This document shows, piece after piece, positions 56,947-64,000 of a stretch of DNA of 64,000 nucleotides. The DNA lies in contig METE01000001.1 in assembly GCA_001771275.1 (NCBI GenBank), positions 55,158-119,157 of the forward strand. The letters run 5' to 3'. The notes under the pieces were generated by a model that ran no database searches, was not told where the DNA came from, and saw nothing but the letters and a program-made list of their open reading frames with translations. A program made the translations under genes and the position numbers. The stretch's first letter is position 1. Each line of letters begins with the position of its first letter. Source of the DNA: a candidate division Kazan bacterium RIFCSPLOWO2_01_FULL_48_13 (GTDB taxonomy: Bacteria; Patescibacteriota; Kazan-3B-28; UBA10110).

Positions 56947-57682
56947 CTCGGAGTCTTACTTAATTCACATTAAGTTGCCAACATATTGAGCTGTTGGCAC
57001 TGCATATCGCTATGCAGATGGGACTATATCTTCTCGACCTTTTGTGATCGAGCTTGGCGTGTAGTCTCTGAGGATTCTGATCAGTTTTATCCGAGATTTT
57101 TTATGGTTCATCAGTTGTGTAAGTCTTGCCATCTTTACCATACCCTCAACATTGAGGTGTTCTTTTTTAGACATAGACCTTACACACTGAGCAAACAACG
57201 CAAAGTCATTTCGCTTTGATGTTTGCAATGCACTTTTCTCGAAGAAGGGTATTATCACTTTTAACAAGTCTGCTCTTTTCCCAACTTTATAGCTGAATAA
57301 ATCTTCTTTATGGTTGTCATGCCTACGATTTCTATAAATCTGGCCGACACCGAAGAAAGATTTGATTCTTTCGAGCGCGGCTAAACCGCGCTCACCTTGC
57401 GTCACTGCAAAGTGATGGGAAATTTGGTAACCTGTTTTATACCCCCGGCGGATTCTGGTTTTTTCTTGACGATCAGGTTGTCTCGCAAAATTAATTGAGA
57501 AACATCCTTCTCCGTCAACAAAACCTATAATCCAACCGATCAGCCTTTCCTGCTGATTGTCTGCAGGAGATACATTGTCACTGATTTTCATTCAGACAAG
57601 GAATAGTGTTCACTTGTCTTAATTGTATCTCAGTAGTACTCCATACACCAGAGTTTCCAGCATATAGCCAAGTTTTACTAAG
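56947..57682 (-). mobile_element. Group I intron 5 in 23S at CCTAAGGTAG|CGAAATTCC (E. coli about 1917); encodes LAGLIDADG endonuclease
   Basis: Exon junction read directly; the intron ends in G; contains the rc of GGGACTATATCTTC. Confidence 0.7.
57010..57591 (-). CDS. LAGLIDADG homing endonuclease (intron 5)
   Basis: LIGWIIGFVDGEGCFSINF; 193 aa. Confidence 0.75.
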   Translation of the reverse strand: MKISDNVSPADNQQERLIGWIIGFVDGEGCFSINFARQPDRQEKTRIRRGYKTGYQISHHFAVTQGERGLAALERIKSFFGVGQIYRNRRHDNHKEDLFSYKVGKRADLLKVIIPFFEKSALQTSKRNDFALFAQCVRSMSKKEHLNVEGMVKMARLTQLMNHKKSRIKLIRILRDYTPSSITKGREDIVPSA

Positions 57683-57691
57683 GCAGCTTTC

Positions 57692-57722
<31 letters not shown>

Positions 57723-58728
57723 ATTCACCAGGGCTTAATTTCAAAGCTTTTCCATCTCCAGTTCCAAAGAACTGGGGATGGATAACCTATCCACGTGACC
57801 TTCTGGCATTGGGCAAGCGTCAGTCCCTATACATCCTCTTTCGAGTTAGCAGAGACCTGTGTTTTTGCTAAACAGTCGCCTGAAGTCTTTTGCTGTGGCC
57901 CCGCCATTTTAAAGTTCGTGCGTGGTTATCACCAACCAAACTAACTCAACTGTTAATTGATCGGTAAGCTATCACACTAACCCTAAAATGGCGGGGCAGT
58001 CCTTATCCCTAAGTTACGGACGCTATTTTGCCGAGTTCCTTAACGAGGGTTCTCTCGATCGCCTTGGTCTACTCGACCCACCCACCTGTGTCGGTTTGCG
58101 GTACGAGTGCTGATTGTTCTCGCAGAGAGGGTTTTCCGGTCAGTTTGGCTCAGTTAAATCGCCTGCCGGCAAGCCGGCAAACTTTCCATCACTGATCATG
58201 GTTACCCCTAAAATTAGGGAGATCTCCCGGATTTGCCAAAGAGATCCCACTAGCAGCTTAGACGGGCAAACCTCTACCCGCTCAACCTACCATCCTGCGT
58301 CACCCCATAGCTAGGCGCGGTGCATCTGCAACCAAGTGTCCATCCCGGTAAACCGGAACAACCTCCTTGGCGTAGAACGCAACGAACCTGTGGCGAACAA
58401 ACAGCAGTACAGGAATATTAACCTGTTATCCATCGCCTACGCCTTGCGGCCTCGGCTTAGGTCTGACTAACCCTGAGATGATTAACATAGCCCAGGAAAC
58501 CTTGGGTTTACGGCGCGCAGGTTTTTCACCTGCGTTAATACGTTACTCGTGCCAACATTCTCACTTCTGCCCGCTCCACCACACCTCACGGTGCAACTTC
58601 ACAGCCGAGCAGAACGCTCTCCTACCACCACGCTAAAAGCGTGATTCGCAACTTCGGTGTTAGGCTTGAGCCCCGGTAAATTTTGGGCGCGAACACACAT
58701 CGACCAGTGAGCTGTTACGCTATCTTTA

Positions 58729-58759
<31 letters not shown>

Positions 58760-59336
58760 TTGTCTATGTGCCCTCACTTCCTTTAACACTTAGCCTAAAC
58801 TGAGGGACCTTAGTTGGCGATCTGGGCTTTTCCCCTCTCGACAATGGCGCTTAGCCGTCACTGTCTGACTCCCATGCTATTGACTCACAAGTATTCGGAG
58901 TTTAATTGGACGCGGTACGGTTTCCCGCCCGAATCCATTCAGTAGCTCTACCACTTGGAGGAACACATGAGGCTATACCTCAATATATTTCGGAGAGAAC
59001 CAGCTATCTCCGGGTTCGATTGGAATTTCTCCGCTAATCACAGTTCATCCCCTCACTTTTCAACGTAAGTGGGTGCGGCCCTCCACTGCTTTTTAGGGCA
59101 GCTTCAGCCTGACCATAATTAGATCACCCGGTTTCGGGTCTAATCCCAGCAACTTAAACGCGCTATTCACACTCGCTTTCGCTACGGCTCCGCCCTCTAA
59201 CAGGGCTTAACCTTGCTACTGAGATTAACTCGTTGGCTCATTCTACAAAAGGCACGCCGTCATCCGTCAGCTGACGGACTCCGACTCTTAGACGGGCTAT
59301 TGGTTTCAGGTACTATTTCACTCCCCTCATCGGGGG

Positions 59337-59376
<40 letters not shown>

Positions 59377-60117
59377 GAGAAGTAGTATTTAGCCTTACCA
59401 GATGGTCCTGGCAATTTCCGACAGAATTTCACGGGTTCCGTCGTACTTAAGTTTGGTTACTCGGAGTTATTTTCTTTTCGCGTACAGGACTATCACCTTC
59501 TCTGGTGGCCCTTTCCATGGACCTTCTGCTAAGAAAATAATTTTTTACTCCTGACTTGCTCTACAGATCAAGATGTAACGACTTATAACCCTCTCGTTGC
59601 AAGGCCTGTAGGCTTTAACACAACAAGAGTTTAGGCCATTCCCTTTTCGCTCGCCGCTACTAAGGGAATAAACATTTGTTCTCTTTTCCTCACGGTACTA
59701 AGATGTTTCAGTTCCCGCGGTTCCCTCTCGCAAATCTATGTATTCAATCTGCAAGTATCCGCCCTGTTTCTACGCACAACTTCTACGCCTTTGCTCGTCA
59801 CGACTTCGTCACAAGAGCTTAGGCGCAAAAATAATTTTGCGCAGAAATAGGGCGGATGGATTGCTCCATTCGGACATCCCCGGCTCAAAGGTTGCTTGAC
59901 ACCTCCCCGAGGCTTATCGCAGTCTGCTACGTCCTTCATCGGCTACTTCTCCCAAGGCATTCACCAATAGCCCTTGAGTAACTTGACTCTGTTCTCAAGA
60001 GCTTAGTCTTAATCGGCGATCACAAGAAACGACATTTCTTATGATTTTGTTATTTTTGTGGCTTTACTGCAAATTGTTAAGTTGCACGCAAGTTCAAATA
60101 TAAAAATCTTTTTCCCC

Positions 60118-60228
60118 TTGTCATCCTGAAAACACTTTACTGCCGTAGGCCTACTATAAATAACTTATTCAGGATCCAGGCCCAACCCATCCGGCGTCCG
60201 TCAGCTGACGGACTTTGGAGGGTAACCC
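60118..60228. repeat. Mosaic palindromic repeat cluster upstream of the 23S operon
   Basis: GTCATCCTGAAAACACTTTACTGCCGTAGGCCTACTATAAATAACTTATTCAGGATCCAGGCCC...GTCCGTCAGCTGACGGAC. Confidence 0.7.
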
Positions 60229-60749
60229 TTAAAAGGTAAAAAGGGTTAAAAAATAAGGGCCTCAGCCCTTTGCTTTTTAAAAAGGCGGAGTAAATTTAAC
60301 TCTTAAACCAGACCGATTTTAAATACAACGACACCAAGCTAAAACTCTTAAAATAAGCTTCGATGGTTTGCAATGTGTTCAAGATTGATTTGATCTTAAA
60401 ATCTATTCGTTTTGTTTGCTTTTGCATAATATCAGAGGGGTTTAGGTAATGCAATAGTATTACACCCATTATCTGCCATCTTGTCAATAAAGTAGCCGCC
60501 AGAGCTGAAAAAACCCTTCCAAACACCGTCATTCTGGCTTGCCCAGAATCTTACACTACCCAGATGACTCCCCCTGTATATAGTAGAGTACACTATATAT
60601 ATGGACCCCGTAGAGAAATTTAGAACGCCTTGGGCGCAGGATATAGACTTTGTGGGGTATCATCAGGGTAGTCGATTAATCATGTCCGAGACTAAACGGG
60701 ACAATGCCCAAGTCGACTAAAGGCTATATCTTCTAAATTCTTCTACGGG

Positions 60750-61022
60750 GTGGACGACCTCAAAACTACCCTATCCAAGCACTTCTCAGCCAAGCGGAAT
60801 CCCCACCTTCACTCCGACTTACATTTATTAGTAGATGAGGCCCGGACCTTATTTAAAGAGAAGGCGGTTAAAGGCCCCGGCTCGTTTGCTTTTTATCTGG
60901 GGTTTTTTAAGAGATTAGGAGTACAAAAAGTCCGCCAACTATTGGCGGAAGTAAAAGATAGCAATGCTACCGATTCTGGAAAACTCTTTTGGTGGAAAAT
61001 CAAACAAGAGTTAAAAAAATAA
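60750..61022 (+). CDS. Hypothetical protein
   Basis: 90-aa ORF, Lys-rich, no motif recognised. Confidence 0.3.
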   Translation: MDDLKTTLSKHFSAKRNPHLHSDLHLLVDEARTLFKEKAVKGPGSFAFYLGFFKRLGVQKVRQLLAEVKDSNATDSGKLFWWKIKQELKK

Positions 61023-61330
61023 CTCTTCCTATTACCTTTTGCCACCATTTGGTCCGGCAAACGGTGGCACCAAACCGGCCGCCAGTCGTCGGGCTTGTTC
61101 GTCTAACAAAATTAGCTTTCTTCGCTTTCGCTGAACTCCTCGTTTCACTCCTCAAACAACAGCTTCGCCTGCGCTAATTTTGTTGACTCAATACAGCCCT
61201 CCTCCGATGGCGTAAACAACCACGCTTGACTAGCTACATGACTATTCGTATGATTAACCTGTGCTTGTGGGCGCAAGCCCCGTTCGGCTAAAGAATTTCT
61301 CAAGCCGAAGACAAGCACACCTAAACAGAT

Positions 61331-61849
61331 TTATTCGTCTTCCAGGGCCGCGGTGTTCTCACCAGCGGTTCTTGTCTTATTCTGGCCCTGTTGATTATAT
61401 TTCCATCTGGGAATAACACTCCAAAAATGGAAGTTGCCATCACCAACACGCCGCACTATTACTCGGCACTTAATCCTCTTATCTTTGTCGAGCGACTCAA
61501 AGGCATAGTATTGAACCATACTGGTCTTTCTGAACCCATCATGCCCAACTTTACCTACGGGCTGTAAAACCGTCCTATAGTATTGCAGGGTCCCAGATGC
61601 TCGTATTGTGTCGACAACGTATGTTATCAACAGTTTAAACTTTATGAGTTGCATTATTTTTGGACGCTCAGACCGCGCACCGTCATATCTCAAGTGGTGC
61701 CAACCATCCGAGGTAAAACTGACTGTATTTTGCAAATACGGACAGGTGATTGGGGGCAAACCATTATAATAGCTCTCGGCCTTTTGCTTAATTTTAAGAA
61801 ATGCCGGTCGATCAAATTGAATTTTATTTACCTTGGATGGTACATACAT
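61331..61849 (-). CDS. Hypothetical protein
   Basis: 172-aa ORF, no motif recognised. Confidence 0.35.
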   Translation of the reverse strand: MYVPSKVNKIQFDRPAFLKIKQKAESYYNGLPPITCPYLQNTVSFTSDGWHHLRYDGARSERPKIMQLIKFKLLITYVVDTIRASGTLQYYRTVLQPVGKVGHDGFRKTSMVQYYAFESLDKDKRIKCRVIVRRVGDGNFHFWSVIPRWKYNQQGQNKTRTAGENTAALEDE

Positions 61850-62018
61850 GTCAGATATTGATCTTCAAAATAATTCAAATTTCGGAAGTTATTGGGCCCG
61901 GTCGAGGGGGTTGGTGAAGCGGAGGTAGAAGCCGAAGGGGTCTTTCATGCCCTAAGTATACGCCTTGCCAGAATCCGCCTCCAGAGCTACAATAATGCTT
62001 CCGAGGAGGTGAAGCCGG

Positions 62019-62600
62019 ATGAACACCCTAAGCGTCGTGCTTAGCTGCATCATCCCATTCGTTCACTTCTCCGCGTTCATTATCTACTACAGAGCAGTAG
62101 CGAGAGGCCAATCCACCCTTTACACCGCCATGTGGGTGCTCACCATCGTCAGCTCCATCCTAAATGGAGTAACCTATTTGGCGATGACCAGAAGCCTGGT
62201 AATGAGCGCCACACCAGTCACCAACGCCGTCGCCGTATGCGGCGTGTTAATTATTGGCTGGCGGTATCGGAAGTTCCGACCATTCCAAACGCTAGACTGG
62301 GTGGTACTGGGAATTGGATCGGTAGTAATTGGACTATGGATAACATCTGGCAACGCCAGCTACGCGAATCTATTACTCCAATTAGCATTGATGTTGGCGA
62401 TCATCCCGGCATACGCAGGAGTATGGCAAGGCGAACGAGAAAATCCATGGCCCTGGGCCCTGTGGTCCGTTTCTCACATCATTAACCTATCCATCCTGTT
62501 TATGCTCTGGAACGACAGCTACAATGCGTTCGTATCGCCCATTTTGTACATCATCGCCAATACTGGCATGGTGATGCTGATAATGCGGAGAAGATCATAG
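62019..62600 (+). CDS. Hypothetical 6-TM membrane protein
   Basis: 193 aa with six predicted hydrophobic helices. Confidence 0.4.
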   Translation: MNTLSVVLSCIIPFVHFSAFIIYYRAVARGQSTLYTAMWVLTIVSSILNGVTYLAMTRSLVMSATPVTNAVAVCGVLIIGWRYRKFRPFQTLDWVVLGIGSVVIGLWITSGNASYANLLLQLALMLAIIPAYAGVWQGERENPWPWALWSVSHIINLSILFMLWNDSYNAFVSPILYIIANTGMVMLIMRRRS

Positions 62601-62630
62601 GCCGGCAATGCAAATTGACCGGCCCATTTT

Positions 62631-63233
62631 TTATTTAATACCTTTAATTAGCTCGACAAGTTCGGGGAATTCGGGTTGGGTAAAGTGATCGCCGCCCTGG
62701 ATAGTTACGAGCTTGGCATTGGGCAATTCTTTGAGATATTTTTCGGCATGGCTGTAAGGAACAATCGGGTCTGCGTCGCCGTGGACTATATATATGTTGC
62801 TGCATTGCTGGGCAAGTTGAGCCAAGGGTTTTGTCAGCACAAAATCAGCCAACGGGGGCTCGAGGCCTTCACTATCGTATGGCGGCGAAACCAAAACAAC
62901 GGCTTTGATTTTCTTTGGAAAAATGTTTTCCGAGAGATATTTCGGTAAAAATATTCCGCCCAAAGAGTGGCCAACTAGAATCAAATCGTCATCGAGGAAC
63001 GGAAACATTTTTTCAAACCAAATCTTCCATTCTTCGTAGCGAGCGTTTTCCGAGTTCGGCATCTCGGGCGTAAACACCTGATACCCCTCCCCTAATCGTT
63101 CCGCCAAAGTTCTCTTCCACCGTTTTTTGGGGAGAAACTCCTCGATCTCGGGCTGGTACGCTTTGAGGTTTTTTATATACTCCTCGTACGATCTAAAATC
63201 TTCTCCGCCGTGAATCAATACAACCTGCTGCAT
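62631..63233 (-). CDS. Alpha/beta serine hydrolase, RBBP9/YdeN-like
   Basis: LVGHSLGG nucleophile elbow; VHGDADPIVP; 200 aa. Confidence 0.6.
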   Translation of the reverse strand: MQQVVLIHGGEDFRSYEEYIKNLKAYQPEIEEFLPKKRWKRTLAERLGEGYQVFTPEMPNSENARYEEWKIWFEKMFPFLDDDLILVGHSLGGIFLPKYLSENIFPKKIKAVVLVSPPYDSEGLEPPLADFVLTKPLAQLAQQCSNIYIVHGDADPIVPYSHAEKYLKELPNAKLVTIQGGDHFTQPEFPELVELIKGIK

Positions 63234-63243
63234 ATATTTTGAG

Positions 63244-63765
63244 TTACAAATAATTTAATATTTCTGGGAAAGGAGATTCGCCGAAGTGGCCCTTGTCTGG
63301 CAGAATGATCGGTTTAACTTCCAGCAGGTTGGCCCACTGCCGAGCGTGCTTAACTGGTACATAGGGATCGTCTTCGGAGCCGATGACCGTAAACTCCGTA
63401 TCAATCAGCGCTTGAGCCGGGATACCCCACGACTTCTCCAAGAAATTATTGATATCCGGTATCTCAATTATCTTTTCAAACGGAGCAGCAACTAATATAA
63501 CCTGCCCGGGTTTGCCGCCCGCTTCAACATACCGCATGGCTAAAGTTCCACCAAGACTGTGGCCGATGACGGTTCCTTCACCATTGGTTTTGATGGCCGC
63601 CTGCAGAGTCGCCATCCACTCGTCGAGTTGCGGCGCCTCGGTATGCGGCAGTAACGGGACGATAACTTTACCTCCCAGCTTTTCTAATTCCGCCTTCAGC
63701 CACGGAAACCAGTTTTCTTCGGGATAACCGTTATACCCATGCAAAATGTAATAGATTTTATGCAT
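63244..63765 (-). CDS. Alpha/beta serine hydrolase, RBBP9/YdeN-like (tandem paralog)
   Basis: YILHGYNG...VIGHSLGG...IGSEDDPYVP...DKGHF. Confidence 0.6.
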   Translation of the reverse strand: MHKIYYILHGYNGYPEENWFPWLKAELEKLGGKVIVPLLPHTEAPQLDEWMATLQAAIKTNGEGTVIGHSLGGTLAMRYVEAGGKPGQVILVAAPFEKIIEIPDINNFLEKSWGIPAQALIDTEFTVIGSEDDPYVPVKHARQWANLLEVKPIILPDKGHFGESPFPEILNYL

Positions 63766-64000
63766 TGCGACGGATAAAGAGAACCTTGTTGCCGTCGGGA
63801 TCCAGGAGGCTAAACTCTTTGCCCCACGGCTTTTCGGTTATCTCGGTGTATAGTTTTAGCCCTATATCTTTTATTTTCTGGTAGGTAGTTTCAATTTGAG
63901 AATCGGAGATAAACACTGTCTGGTGTCCCGGTTTCTCCCGTTCCTCAGAGGTAGTTTTAACCCCCAGCCGACCGCCGCCCTGGAATATAAACGAAACGAA

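Noticed and set aside
59250-59290. TCCGTCAGCTGACGGA hairpin inside 23S (about 59258) as an insertion of the intergenic repeat
   Set aside because: It aligns to a native 23S domain-I/II helix position (E. coli GCAGTGGGAGCACGCTTAGGCGTGTGACTGC region) with no extra length. The similarity to the repeat core is probably coincidental, or possibly the evolutionary source of the repeat, not an insertion.

Overview
The window reads like a small-genome, Candidate-Phyla-Radiation-like bacterium; this lineage call is inference only. Gene content (details in features): housekeeping genes udk, thrS, miaA, proS, argS and comM; tRNA-Val(GAC) and tRNA-Pro(TGG); a cell-envelope glycan cluster at about 33.7-42.6 kb with two GT2 enzymes, GtrA, several polytopic GT-C-like membrane proteins, two tandem sugar-nucleotidyltransferases, a class II aldolase, a GDPD-like protein and a TylF-like methyltransferase. 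The main observations are these. (1) There are two paralogous cassettes of secreted surface proteins, in opposite orientation. Each holds a small WxL-like protein, a large WxL-like protein, a DUF916/DUF3324-like protein with two LysM domains, and a polytopic membrane protein with a 'DPDFGWHLR' loop. This is a csc-like (cell-surface complex) architecture. One cassette is bounded by a 31-bp direct repeat that duplicates the comM start, which suggests an inserted island. (2) A mosaic palindromic intergenic repeat family fills most spacers. Its modules are bounded by GTCATYCTG and CAGRATGAC, and include the palindrome TCCGTCAGCTGACGGA and the 26-bp palindrome TTCAGGATCCAGGCCTGGATCCTGAA. Copies are inserted in-frame in three coding sequences. 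Three small GIY-YIG nuclease genes (two intact, one remnant) sit inside or beside these repeat arrays. (3) A minus-strand 23S-5S rRNA operon has no 16S within the window. Its 23S gene is interrupted by five group I introns, four of which encode LAGLIDADG homing endonucleases. One intron lies directly 5' of the sarcin-ricin loop, and a small membrane ORF sits in the 23S-5S spacer. (4) A probable RNase P RNA (rnpB) carries a ~350-nt insertion holding a GIY-YIG remnant. (5) A conserved inverted-repeat leader, CCCGTTAGARATC...GATYTCTAACGGG, abuts or lies within ~15 nt of the start codons of thrS and two other genes. Everything was read by eye from the sequence and the ORF track; no searches were run.
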